A stretch of 64,000 nucleotides of DNA, from NCBI GenBank assembly GCA_002011125.2, contig MTMF02000009.1, positions 776,989 through 840,988 on the forward strand. Reading direction: 5' to 3'. Position 1 is the stretch's first letter; each line of letters starts with the position of its first letter. Positions 1-9,229 of the stretch are shown one piece after another. Under the pieces are notes generated by a model. It worked only from the letters and a program-made list of their open reading frames with translations. It was not told where the DNA came from and ran no database searches. The DNA is from Candidatus Hydrothermarchaeum profundi. GTDB lineage: Archaea; Hydrothermarchaeota; Hydrothermarchaeia; Hydrothermarchaeales; Hydrothermarchaeaceae. A program made the position numbers and the translations under genes.

Positions 1-2
1 GG

Positions 3-212
3 TCTAAGGGCTTGAATATATGCGAAATCGACGAGATATGCCAGGCCAGGCTTGCGGCGGCCCTTGGTAATATGAGAGATATTGATTCGTCAATAGATTT
101 TGCCAGAAAAAAGGGACTCATAAAGGTCCGAGAGATTGATGTCGGGGGAGAGAAAAGGCGGTTTATAAAGATTACGGAGGAGGGAGAGGTTCTCTTCGCC
201 CTTATGAAGTAA
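3..212 (+). CDS. 5'-truncated protein, C-terminal winged-helix-like segment
   Basis: Frame is open from the window edge; KGLIKV...RRFIKITEEG resembles a wHTH wing. Confidence 0.5.
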   Translation, partial: SKGLNICEIDEICQARLAAALGNMRDIDSSIDFARKKGLIKVREIDVGGEKRRFIKITEEGEVLFALMK

Positions 213-238
213 CGCAGGGTTATTGGGCGTGGCAATGT

Positions 239-1087
239 ATGAAGGCGGGTCCTGAGTGTCTCCAGTGTTTAAAGGAGCAGGCTAAGCGCTCTCTGAGTTT
301 TTCTGGTGTAAACGGCGAGATCCTGGAGAGCATGATACGTTTCGTAGATGAAATCTTCGGTGAGGATAAGATACCTGCCAACCTCGGAACTATTCTTCAC
401 CGAAGGATAATGGAGATAATCGGAGGCGATCCTTATAAGGAGAAAAAGAGAACCTCCAATAGAGAAGCTTTGAAGCTAGAGGGATATGCGAGAGAACTTA
501 TAAGGAGGGCTGAAAACCCTCTCTTACAGTCCTTTAAGGTAGCGTTGGCGGGGAACCTCCTGGACTTCAGCATATCAGATGTCAGGGTTAACGTTGAAGA
601 GCTTAAGAAAGCCTTAAACGATGGCTTCGAGGTTGATGATAGTGGAGAGCTATTAAAATTCTTGGAGAATGCTAGCACCGTGTTGTACCTCTGTGATAAC
701 GCAGGTGAGATAGCCTTCGATAAGCTATGTATACTTGAGTTGCAGACGATGGGCCTAGAAGTAACAGCAGCTGTGAAGTCCGGTCCGATACTAAACGATG
801 CTACTATGGAAGACGCTTTGGCAGTGGGATTACCAGAGGTTTGCGAGGTTATAACGATTGGCTCTAACTGTGTAGGAGTTAACCTTGAAGAAGCCTCAAA
901 GGAGTTTATACAGAGGTTTAAATCATTTGACCTAATCATTGCAAAAGGCCAGGGTAACTATGAGACCTTGGGTGATGTAAATAAGGATATCCTATTCCTT
1001 TTGAAAGCAAAATGCCTGCCGGTAGCAAGAGCCCTTGGGGTGGGTTTAAAGGGTAGTGTCCTGTTTTTTAATCGAGCTTGTTTATAA
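239..1087 (+). CDS. DUF89/ARMT1-like damage-control phosphatase
   Basis: N-terminal CxxC, DPY..K, GNLLD, DNAGE, KGQGNYE and KAKC motifs. Confidence 0.9.
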   Translation: MKAGPECLQCLKEQAKRSLSFSGVNGEILESMIRFVDEIFGEDKIPANLGTILHRRIMEIIGGDPYKEKKRTSNREALKLEGYARELIRRAENPLLQSFKVALAGNLLDFSISDVRVNVEELKKALNDGFEVDDSGELLKFLENASTVLYLCDNAGEIAFDKLCILELQTMGLEVTAAVKSGPILNDATMEDALAVGLPEVCEVITIGSNCVGVNLEEASKEFIQRFKSFDLIIAKGQGNYETLGDVNKDILFLLKAKCLPVARALGVGLKGSVLFFNRACL

Positions 1088-2309
1088 CCAGTCCGGTGAG
1101 GGGCTTGGGATAGAAATAGGTTGCTTTTCCAGGCATCCTCTCGCCGTTTAGAGCCACATCTCTAACCTCTTCCACTCTAGTTGGGTTTACAAAAAAGACC
1201 ATCTTATATTCTCCTCTGTCGACAGCTCTTATCGCCTTCTCCGCGTCAATCTCGTAGTTTATATGTCCCTCGTCGTTTAATCCAAGCACGTTTTCAATAA
1301 CCAAGTAACGGAGTATTGTAACAGCGAGGTTCTTCCATGCCTTGGATTTAGTGTTTCCGAATATCTCGTTCATCAGATTTTTTTGGAGCTTCAAATAATA
1401 ATAGCTTCCATTATAAAGCCCATAGGAGTGGCGGTTTCTCCTCATTTCCTCGAACATCTCCTGCTTACTCGCTCTTGTTATGCTGAAGTTTTCTTCAAGC
1501 TGTCTGAGAAATCTATTAAAATCGAGCTCCTCTAGGTCAGCTATCAAGCGATGGGCAGGCAGTATCGTTACTCCTCCGCAGTCCATATTTGCCATGTACA
1601 TCAGGGTGTAATCGTAGTTCAGTCCCTTTTTCCTCATCTCATCCCTAAATATCAGGGCGGTAGTGTACCTGTGGTGTCCATCAGCAATGAACAGCTGCTT
1701 TTCCTTCATAATGGACTTGACCTTCTCTATGGTGCTTTTATCGCTTATTTTCCAGAGCCTATGTCGTACTCCGTCAACGCTGATATCGATGAGTGGTTCT
1801 TCAAAGCTCTTTTCAAGTAAGTCTTCGATTCTTTTCTCTGGGTCGGAATAGAGAGTATATATTTGGCTGAAGTTGGCTCTACATGCCTTCAAGAGTTCAA
1901 ATCTATCCTCTATTGCCCTGCGCAGTGTCTCTTCATGGGGGAGTATCACTTTTTTCTCGAATTCCTCCAGCCTGCAGAGAGCTATGAATCCCTTCAAAAC
2001 TTTCCGCTTGCCATCATGAAGATAGTCCATGTAGTATGCATAGATAGAAGGCTCCTCGTCTCTGACTAGGGTCCCGTCTTTAAGCCAACTCTCCAAGTAC
2101 TCTCTCGCCCGTATATACTTATTATTAGATTCGTTGTCTCCCTCTTCATCCTTCCCCAATATAAGACGGATCACATTTTTTTCATGCCGGCTATAATACT
2201 CGTCACGCTCTTCTGGAGAGATAACATCGTAAGGGGGGGAAACTACCTTCTCGATTTCATCGAGAGCATAGCGTATACCCTTAAAGGGAAGGATGTCAAC
2301 CATGAACAA
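1068..2309 (-). CDS. DUF1015 family protein (ParB/Srx-like fold)
   Basis: SPPYDVI, PHEET, IADGHHRY and MPGKATYFYPKP motifs. Confidence 0.9.
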   Translation of the reverse strand: MFMVDILPFKGIRYALDEIEKVVSPPYDVISPEERDEYYSRHEKNVIRLILGKDEEGDNESNNKYIRAREYLESWLKDGTLVRDEEPSIYAYYMDYLHDGKRKVLKGFIALCRLEEFEKKVILPHEETLRRAIEDRFELLKACRANFSQIYTLYSDPEKRIEDLLEKSFEEPLIDISVDGVRHRLWKISDKSTIEKVKSIMKEKQLFIADGHHRYTTALIFRDEMRKKGLNYDYTLMYMANMDCGGVTILPAHRLIADLEELDFNRFLRQLEENFSITRASKQEMFEEMRRNRHSYGLYNGSYYYLKLQKNLMNEIFGNTKSKAWKNLAVTILRYLVIENVLGLNDEGHINYEIDAEKAIRAVDRGEYKMVFFVNPTRVEEVRDVALNGERMPGKATYFYPKPLTGLVINKLD

Positions 2310-2356
2310 CCCATGAAGAAAAATGAAATATAATACTTTCTATATGTCACCTTTTC

Positions 2357-2437
2357 TTATCTACGTCTATCTAGCTCTTCCTCTCTAGCTATAATAGCGA
2401 TTTCTTTTGGAACCCGTGTTGTTATAGTGACTCCCAT
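2357..2437 (-). pseudogene. Truncated ribbon-helix-helix antitoxin-like remnant (26 aa)
   Basis: MGVTITTRVPKEIAIIAREEELDRRR*; RHH beta-strand start, premature end. Confidence 0.4.
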
Positions 2438-2449
2438 TTTTATTCCATC

Positions 2450-2482
2450 TTTGTATTAAAATTGTAATGCATTTAATACAAA
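2450..2482. promoter_or_regulatory. Inverted repeat, putative operator of the RHH remnant
   Basis: TTTGTATTAAA-N11-TTTAATACAAA directly upstream of the ATG at 2437. Confidence 0.5.
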
Positions 2483-2515
2483 AAGTTACTACTCTATCGT
2501 AGAGAAAATATTTTC

Positions 2516-2929
2516 TTATTTAAGAACCCAGATCAACTTTTTTCCAGCATGGTACATTGCTTTAAGACCATATTCCTTTGCAAGAGATAGGCCTGCTATA
2601 GTAAAGAGTTTTGTGAGAGGGGTGAGGTCTATTATAATATCGTAGCTTCTCAGATTTGCTTCTATTGCTTTCTTTAACGCCTCTCTTACTTTGTCCATCT
2701 CATGTTGATATACTTCGAACTCAAAAGTAATCTCTTCATCTCCGTAAGTATAGCCGGCGTCTCTTATCTTCTCTTGGGCAAGAGGTGTCGTAAAAGCAAT
2801 ATGTTTCTTGATCTTTATATTTTCTTTTTCAAGGAAGCCCAGAGCATCCTCAAGCATCTCAAGAGTCGTAGAGTCTGGCTTATTCGGGTCGTAAGTGTAT
2901 CCTGATATCAGTAAAATAGGAGCCTTAAT
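2516..2929 (-). CDS. Stand-alone CARF-domain protein (ring nuclease or sensor candidate)
   Basis: IIDLTPLTK resembles the CARF D-x-T-x-G-x-K motif. The frame extends upstream of ATG 2857 to give KAPILLISGY (CARF beta-1); probable ATT start at 2929 behind AGGCGTGA. Confidence 0.65.
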   Translation of the reverse strand: MKAPILLISGYTYDPNKPDSTTLEMLEDALGFLEKENIKIKKHIAFTTPLAQEKIRDAGYTYGDEEITFEFEVYQHEMDKVREALKKAIEANLRSYDIIIDLTPLTKLFTIAGLSLAKEYGLKAMYHAGKKLIWVLK

Positions 2930-3127
2930 CTCAAACTCACGCCTGAAATATTGGATTTTTTGGGGGGTGACGCTATTAGAGATCTCTTTTCCTTTTTTAT
3001 CTTTTAATGAAAATAGAAAAAATATAAATAAAAGTTTTTAAAATATAAACTTGGAGGCAGTTAGTGGGATTAAAGGAGGTTTACTCATGCTCTTTTGCAT
3101 ACTTGGGGAAGTTGTCTGGTGAGTGAG

Positions 3128-4864
3128 ATGAATGAATTAATACCTGAGCTTCATGACATTGGAAAATTACAGAAGAAATATAAACATAATTTTGAAGATG
3201 CTGGATATACATTTGAATCTAAAACTTGGAGAGGGATTTTAGAACATCACTGTTCTCGTAATTTTGAAAAATATCCCTTAAGTTTAGATACTTTCAAATT
3301 AAAAATAGCAGACAAATTAGCATCTGCGGTATCGAGAGAGTATCGTGAAGATGGATGTCCTATTTATAATGTTTATAAGCTATGGAATCCAACGCGCGAG
3401 GAGATAACTATTCCGCCTCTTAGAACTGAGAAAGATATCAAGGAATTAATTGAATTTACTGTTAGCGTATCTACTTTTGAAGATTTTGTAATAAGATATG
3501 AAAAGCTGTTGAAATATCGGACAGAAGATGCGCATCCAAAGTCTAACTTAACTAGTCTGTATACTCATATGTTGCTTACTGGAAAATTATATAGAATATT
3601 GTCCGCGATAGATGAGTATACGGTCCACCAAGAAATTTTTCAAAATAAGGATGCTGTTTGTAGAGCGATTAATGAAAAAATGAACGAGTGGAAACTACGA
3701 GTTGTGCGATGTAAAATAAATTTTTCTCAGAGTCCGATACGTGCAAAAGATATGAATGTTTTTGTGGCATTAAACACTTCTAACGATGAAATTAAGCACA
3801 AATTTAAGGACAATATTTTATTTTCATTTTCAAATGAACTTTTTTTAATCACTGTTCCTAGAGAGGACATTGTTGGCAAAATCTCTGCTCTAATAAGTAA
3901 AAATGGTTTTTGGATAGAAGTATATGGAGAAGATGATATAAAATTGAGCACGATTGCAAATAGAGGTACTAATATATTTGAAAATTTAAGGAATCCAAAG
4001 GTCGTACATTACCAGCTTGAAAAAGAAATCGCGCCTCCAATATGTGAAATATGTCAAATGAGAAAAGCTACTCCTGAAACTAGGTGGGTGGATGAAGAAA
4101 GTGGCATTATCGAGGAATTATGTGAATATTGTTTTAAAATAAGGCAAATACCTGAAGTAAGACTTAAGAAACTTGTAAACTGGTCGAGCGAGGCTGAAAT
4201 TAAGGTTGTCTATCTTAAAATTTCACTTTCGACAGAACAACTTATGCATACTCTCAACCAACTTTATAGAAACTACACTGGAAGCAATGAACATGTTTCC
4301 TTGTCAATAATCTCAGAATTTCAATGGGATTATGAAGAATTTCTTAAGGAATTTGTAAGGAGAATAAGTATCGCGTTTAATGAAGAGGACATTCAATTAA
4401 TTTTAAATGATTTTTTAGGGATAAAAATAGAAAGAACCTCTGATATTAAAAAAATATTAGAGATATATAGCCAAATTTTTAAACAATACTTTCCTGAATT
4501 TATACAAAAATCTCCGATAAGACTTTCGATTAGTTGTTCGAGTGCCAAATTTCCATTTTTCTGGCACTGGAGGATTTTAAACGATACAAAGGACGAAATA
4601 AATGTAAGCATGATCGGAAAGGGTGAGATGCATCTTAAATTTTCTAAACTTGATGAGTTGCTTAGCATAGATTTACCAAATACCCGCATGTTACACAACT
4701 TAGATAGAATATCGCAGATTTCTAAGAAATTAGCATGGATAATGCTTAATGATAGAAGTGACCGGAGAATGTATAAAGAGTTTGAGGGGTTAAAAAGAGC
4801 GGTACTGGCGACAGGGATTAGCTATTCGAGCATATTAACCTATGCAAAGATTATGGGTGATTAG
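3128..4864 (+). CDS. cas10: Cas10-like large subunit, HD nuclease intact, cyclase (GGDD) degenerate
   Basis: LHDIGK, EHH, IADKLAS and SLYTH motifs; Zn finger CEIC...CEYC; palm-2 GGDD position reads ILND; cas context. Confidence 0.85.
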   Translation: MNELIPELHDIGKLQKKYKHNFEDAGYTFESKTWRGILEHHCSRNFEKYPLSLDTFKLKIADKLASAVSREYREDGCPIYNVYKLWNPTREEITIPPLRTEKDIKELIEFTVSVSTFEDFVIRYEKLLKYRTEDAHPKSNLTSLYTHMLLTGKLYRILSAIDEYTVHQEIFQNKDAVCRAINEKMNEWKLRVVRCKINFSQSPIRAKDMNVFVALNTSNDEIKHKFKDNILFSFSNELFLITVPREDIVGKISALISKNGFWIEVYGEDDIKLSTIANRGTNIFENLRNPKVVHYQLEKEIAPPICEICQMRKATPETRWVDEESGIIEELCEYCFKIRQIPEVRLKKLVNWSSEAEIKVVYLKISLSTEQLMHTLNQLYRNYTGSNEHVSLSIISEFQWDYEEFLKEFVRRISIAFNEEDIQLILNDFLGIKIERTSDIKKILEIYSQIFKQYFPEFIQKSPIRLSISCSSAKFPFFWHWRILNDTKDEINVSMIGKGEMHLKFSKLDELLSIDLPNTRMLHNLDRISQISKKLAWIMLNDRSDRRMYKEFEGLKRAVLATGISYSSILTYAKIMGD

Positions 4865-5452
4865 ATGGAGTTTCTTGAATATAGGATAACTTCAGATATC
4901 CTTTGTATGGGGGAAAGAATAAAGAAAGGTACATTTAGGCCGTGTATTACTACAATTCCATATAGTCAAATTACTGGTGCTCTAAAAGCAATACTAGGTA
5001 GAGAAATTGCCGCTACTGGATGTTTAATTCGAGATGGGATACACAATAATGTAGAATATCTGATTTATTCGCCTAGAGATAGAAGTACTGAAACCAGCAA
5101 ATTGCCGCTAACGATACAAATTTTAACTAATGTTCTTGGAAGAGTCTTTATACCAAAGAATGATTCGAGTGAACTACCAGAACAGCTTTCAATAACTATG
5201 GGAGCACTTAAATCAAAAGGTATAGGAAGATGTAAATTAAAGAAGATTAGGAAAATTAAAAATCCTCGATTTAAGCGAGGAATGTTGAATACTCGTATTC
5301 CTCTCGATTTGAAAGAAAACTTTGGAATTAGAAATGTTATAAAACCACAGTATGGTTATTTATTTAGACCAACTTCTTCTACAAGCGGCGTTTATGTACT
5401 TTCTCTATTTGAAAACTCAGAAATTTACGGACCAGAATTTCTGATGAGGTGA
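4865..5452 (+). CDS. Cas5-group RAMP protein
   Basis: IPYSQITGAL and G-rich loop MGALKSKGIG; position after cas10. Confidence 0.7.
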   Translation: MEFLEYRITSDILCMGERIKKGTFRPCITTIPYSQITGALKAILGREIAATGCLIRDGIHNNVEYLIYSPRDRSTETSKLPLTIQILTNVLGRVFIPKNDSSELPEQLSITMGALKSKGIGRCKLKKIRKIKNPRFKRGMLNTRIPLDLKENFGIRNVIKPQYGYLFRPTSSTSGVYVLSLFENSEIYGPEFLMR

Positions 5453-5456
5453 GTAA

Positions 5457-5744
5457 ATGGATGAAATTGAGCAACTTCTTGAGGAAATAAAAAATGATTC
5501 GAATTTTAAAAAAACGAGATTTACCGCAAATTTTGTAAATGATGTAGCCGATGTCTTTGAAAAATATGGATTTGGAACTACAAGGACGTTCCTAATGGAT
5601 AAAAAAAGTCGCAGAGATTTGCACTTGCAAGCAGTAGCAATATTATCAATTTTAGAAAAATTTGAGAAAATAGAGAAGATTAAATTAAACAGAAGTATTG
5701 GGCGGTACATAATAAAAACATTAAATACATTAAAGAGGGGTTAA
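5457..5744 (+). CDS. Small helical subunit (Cas11/Csm2-like)
   Basis: 95 aa, predicted all-alpha, lies between the Cas5-like and Cas7 genes. Confidence 0.6.
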   Translation: MDEIEQLLEEIKNDSNFKKTRFTANFVNDVADVFEKYGFGTTRTFLMDKKSRRDLHLQAVAILSILEKFEKIEKIKLNRSIGRYIIKTLNTLKRG

Positions 5745-5745
5745 A

Positions 5746-6522
5746 ATGAAAGTAGAGCAGAAATATAAAGTGATTTTAGTTACTGAGGAGCCTTTTAGAA
5801 TTGGCGGACCAAAAGATCCACTTTCAGGAGCGGATAATCCTGTAGCTATCGTAGGAAGCAAACTAGTAGTGCCCGGACCTTCCTTAAAAGGAGCATATCG
5901 AGCAGAAATAGAGAGATTTTTAATAGACAGATATTATGACAAAATAAATAAAAGGTGGGTTCAGGAAAAAGAAAGCTTAATGCCTTGTATACCTGCGACT
6001 AAACTATCAAAGGATGAGGAGAAGCTAGTGAAAAATAGATTATATAGAAGTGTTGCCTGTCATTACCCTTGTGATAAAAGACGAGATAAATGTGGAAATA
6101 CGGAGCATTCTATTTGTCCAGCTTGCTATTTATTAGGCTCCCAGGGATTGAATGGATTTCTTAGGGTACCCTTCTTGTTTTCAGAGGCTTCAGCTAGCGA
6201 GTTATACTCAGCGAGGATAGATCGAGCAGTTAGTACAGTTGCGCAAGGTACAAACAGACCTTATTCGCTAGTACCGGATGGAACTACATTTGAAGGGACA
6301 TTGACGGTTTTAATCAAAGATGATATCCTCGGTTGGGAGCTGGGAAAACCTAGGCCTCTTAGCGATATTTCAGGCAAAGACATATGGTTACCAAGTCAAG
6401 AGTGGACTCAGGAGAGGATACTAAGTGAAATGATAGTCCAAAGACTTCAGAACATTAAAATCCTTGGCGGATATAAATCAAAGGGTTGCGGTAAGGTTAA
6501 AATAACAATTAAAGAAGTATAG
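5746..6522 (+). CDS. csm3: Cas7-group RAMP (Csm3-like) with Zn insertion
   Basis: PFRIGG..GADNP, PGPSLKGAYR, CPACYLLG and LGGYKSKGCG motifs. Confidence 0.85.
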   Translation: MKVEQKYKVILVTEEPFRIGGPKDPLSGADNPVAIVGSKLVVPGPSLKGAYRAEIERFLIDRYYDKINKRWVQEKESLMPCIPATKLSKDEEKLVKNRLYRSVACHYPCDKRRDKCGNTEHSICPACYLLGSQGLNGFLRVPFLFSEASASELYSARIDRAVSTVAQGTNRPYSLVPDGTTFEGTLTVLIKDDILGWELGKPRPLSDISGKDIWLPSQEWTQERILSEMIVQRLQNIKILGGYKSKGCGKVKITIKEV

Positions 6523-6564
6523 ATAAAAAAGAGCTATAGCTCGGTCCTTAAAATTTTTATATAG

Positions 6565-7263
6565 ATGAGATTCAAGACAACTTATTTAGTTCTTAGTACA
6601 GATAGGCCAGTCAAAGAAGAGGCTTCTAAGCTTAGAGGCTATATTGGTAACAAGTTTGAGGAGTATCCCATCCTTCATCATCATATAAGGGAAGTCGGCT
6701 ACTTATACACTTATCCTCGAGTGCAATACAAGGTGCTTGAAGGAACGCCTCACATCCTAGGGATAGAGGAGGGTGCGAAGGTATTGAAGGAGATATCAGG
6801 CGGCTTAAATGAGTTGGTATTGGGCAGAAGCCATTATACGGTTAAACAGAAAATACTCTATGAGCAGGAGGTAGAGCTTAGATCTTCTAGGAAGAAGCAG
6901 TATAGGTTTATAACACCTTGGCTGGCCTTAAATCCTGATAACTATAGAACCTATCAGAATATTGAAAATTGGAAGGAAAAGAAGGAGTTTCTAAACCGCA
7001 TACTGGTGGGCAACATACTCTCGATGTGCAAGAGCCTTGGTATAGTAGTGGAAAAGCATTTATATGCCCACACCCATCTTTATTCAAGAAAAGTAAATTA
7101 TAAGAATGCCCCATTAATGGGCTTCACAGGCGAGTTTAGAGTGAACTTTATTATCCCCGAGTTCTTCGGCTTGGGGAAGGGGGTAAGCCAGGGGTTTGGC
7201 GCAGTTAAAAATGAAGGTCGTGATCGACGACTACGGGGCCTACCTGAAGAAAAAAGGCAATAG
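6565..7263 (+). CDS. cas6: CRISPR endoribonuclease Cas6 (Cas6b-like)
   Basis: KLRGY, LHHH, YPRVQYK, TPWLALN and GLGKGVSQGFG motifs. Confidence 0.92.
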   Translation: MRFKTTYLVLSTDRPVKEEASKLRGYIGNKFEEYPILHHHIREVGYLYTYPRVQYKVLEGTPHILGIEEGAKVLKEISGGLNELVLGRSHYTVKQKILYEQEVELRSSRKKQYRFITPWLALNPDNYRTYQNIENWKEKKEFLNRILVGNILSMCKSLGIVVEKHLYAHTHLYSRKVNYKNAPLMGFTGEFRVNFIIPEFFGLGKGVSQGFGAVKNEGRDRRLRGLPEEKRQ

Positions 7264-8209
7264 GTTCATAGTATCCTCAGAGGAGAAGAGCGAGGAGTTT
7301 GCATCTGATAAGGTAACGCAGGTCATTATACTAAAGGGATCGGCGATCACTACTGATGCAGTAAAATTGGCAGCAGAGAAATGCATAGACATAATATGCT
7401 TGGATAGAAGCGGAAAGCCTTACGCTAGAATATACCCGTGCAAGCTAGGTGGCACCACGTTAACTAGAAGAAATCAGCTGGCAGCATATTCAACCTCTAA
7501 GGGAGTCTTTCTGGCTAAAGCTTTTGTAGGCGCTAAAGTTGAAAACATGTCTTATTTTCTTAAGTCACTAGCAAAGAGTAGAGGAAATAGTGTACTAAAA
7601 GAAGCAGGGAATTTGATCTTGAAATTTTCTAAGAATATAGATGATGTAGAGGGAAATATCGATACCGTGAGAAACAGGCTTCTAGGCATTGAGGGTGAAT
7701 GTTCTAAGACTTATTTCTCTGCCTTAAGCGAGGTATTACCTAAAGGGCTCTACTCTGGGGTAAGAACAAGGAGGCCTCCTAGGGATGCGTTTAATGCGAT
7801 GATAAGCTATGGATATGGTGTTTTATATTCTGAGATTGAGAAGGCGTGTATAATTTCTGGGCTAGACCCATATTTAGGCTTCTTGCATACGGATAGATAC
7901 GGTAGACCTTCGCTGGTAATGGATTTGATAGAGGAGTTTAGGCAGCCAGTGGTTGATAGAGCAATGGTAACTCTGGTTGCAAGAGGTCAAGTAGAGAAAG
8001 ACTGCGTTAAAAGAGAGGAGGGAGTGTATCTGAACAAGAAAGGAAGGAAAATGGCTATTGAAGCGATGATGTCTCGCTTGGAGTCAAAAATAAAGTATAA
8101 GGGCAGAAGAATCTCTATGGAGGATATCATATTGAAGCAGGCTAGGGAGTTAGTGGGCTTTCTTAACGGTGACCGTAGGTCATATAAGCCATTTGTCTAC
8201 AGGTGGTGA
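7211..8209 (+). CDS. cas1: CRISPR integrase Cas1
   Basis: GIEG..SKTYF, NAMISYGY, GLDPYLGFLH and DLIEEFR motifs. Confidence 0.97.
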   Translation: MKVVIDDYGAYLKKKGNRFIVSSEEKSEEFASDKVTQVIILKGSAITTDAVKLAAEKCIDIICLDRSGKPYARIYPCKLGGTTLTRRNQLAAYSTSKGVFLAKAFVGAKVENMSYFLKSLAKSRGNSVLKEAGNLILKFSKNIDDVEGNIDTVRNRLLGIEGECSKTYFSALSEVLPKGLYSGVRTRRPPRDAFNAMISYGYGVLYSEIEKACIISGLDPYLGFLHTDRYGRPSLVMDLIEEFRQPVVDRAMVTLVARGQVEKDCVKREEGVYLNKKGRKMAIEAMMSRLESKIKYKGRRISMEDIILKQARELVGFLNGDRRSYKPFVYRW

Positions 8210-8210
8210 A

Positions 8211-8513
8211 ATGCTAACTTGGGTGATATATGATATCTCTGATAATAGGCTGCGAACCCGTGTTTCTGAGAAGTGTAAAGACTACGGTATGGAGAGGTTA
8301 CAGAAAAGCGCCTTCCTCGGGGATCTCAGCAGGAATAACTCTGAGATGCTCGCTATAGAGATAGAGAAAATATTGGATGATGAGAATACTGTGGAAGAGG
8401 ACTGCGTATTCTTTTTGCCTATGTGTAGCTCCTGTATAAGCAAGAAGATAACGATTGGCAGAGGATTTGATGAAGAAGAATTTAAGGACAAATTCTACAC
8501 ATTCTTCGAGTGA
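8211..8513 (+). CDS. cas2: CRISPR-associated Cas2
   Basis: VIYDISDNRLR and RLQKSAFLG motifs. Confidence 0.95.
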   Translation: MLTWVIYDISDNRLRTRVSEKCKDYGMERLQKSAFLGDLSRNNSEMLAIEIEKILDDENTVEEDCVFFLPMCSSCISKKITIGRGFDEEEFKDKFYTFFE

Positions 8514-9100
8514 ATATAATGGACAAAGAGGGCTATTTCTCCGCAAGAGATATAGTAGACTACGCATACTGTCCTAGAACAATATACTTCCGCTACTGTA
8601 TAAAAGCAGGGAAAGAAAAAACGCCAAAAATGAATAAAGGGCAGGAGTTGCATGAGTCTTTCACAGACAAGTCTAAAAGAACAAAAATCGTGAGAAAGTT
8701 GCCAAGGCTCCCTAAGAGATACAGCGTCAGGCTATCCTCAAGAAAGTATCATTTCAATACGATGGTAGATTGCATTATTTTAGATAACTCTAAGGCTTAT
8801 CCAATAGAATTCAAATACTCTTTAAAGCCAAAATACCTATACAATACTCATAAGTATCAGCTTGTCGCGCAGGCAATGGCAATAGAAGAAGAGCTAGGTA
8901 AGATAGTGCCTTACGGTTACATAAAATATGTAGATGGTTCTACAGCCAGGGTTTCAATTACTCAAAAGTTAAAGGAGAAGGTAGCTAATATTCTCCTTGA
9001 GATGGAAGACATAATAAGGTTCGAAAGGCTCCCGAAAGAAACGTCATCGAAGAAGAGATGCAATTCGTGTTTTTACATAAACCTATGTAGAAGACTGTAG
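8510..9100 (+). CDS. cas4: CRISPR-associated exonuclease Cas4
   Basis: YCPR, PIEFK, QL..A and C-terminal CxxC...C Fe-S motifs. Confidence 0.93.
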   Translation: MNIMDKEGYFSARDIVDYAYCPRTIYFRYCIKAGKEKTPKMNKGQELHESFTDKSKRTKIVRKLPRLPKRYSVRLSSRKYHFNTMVDCIILDNSKAYPIEFKYSLKPKYLYNTHKYQLVAQAMAIEEELGKIVPYGYIKYVDGSTARVSITQKLKEKVANILLEMEDIIRFERLPKETSSKKRCNSCFYINLCRRL

Positions 9101-9229
9101 AAAGCCGAAAAATATAAATTCTCGGTAGGTCTTTATAAAGGATGGTGCAAAAAGGAGACTCACCTGAGAAGCCTTCTGAAAGGAGGAAAATCAGGCGAGT
9201 TTAGGCGAAAATAAGGAATTTTATAGCCT
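9101..9229 (+). promoter_or_regulatory. CRISPR leader
   Basis: Non-coding stretch between cas4 and the first repeat, with TATA-like boxes (AAAATATAAA, CTTTATAAAG). Confidence 0.7.

Noticed and set aside
3128-6522. Type VII or type I-D assignment for the effector module
   Set aside because: There is no beta-CASP nuclease and no Cas3 helicase in the locus; the Cas7 is Csm3-like
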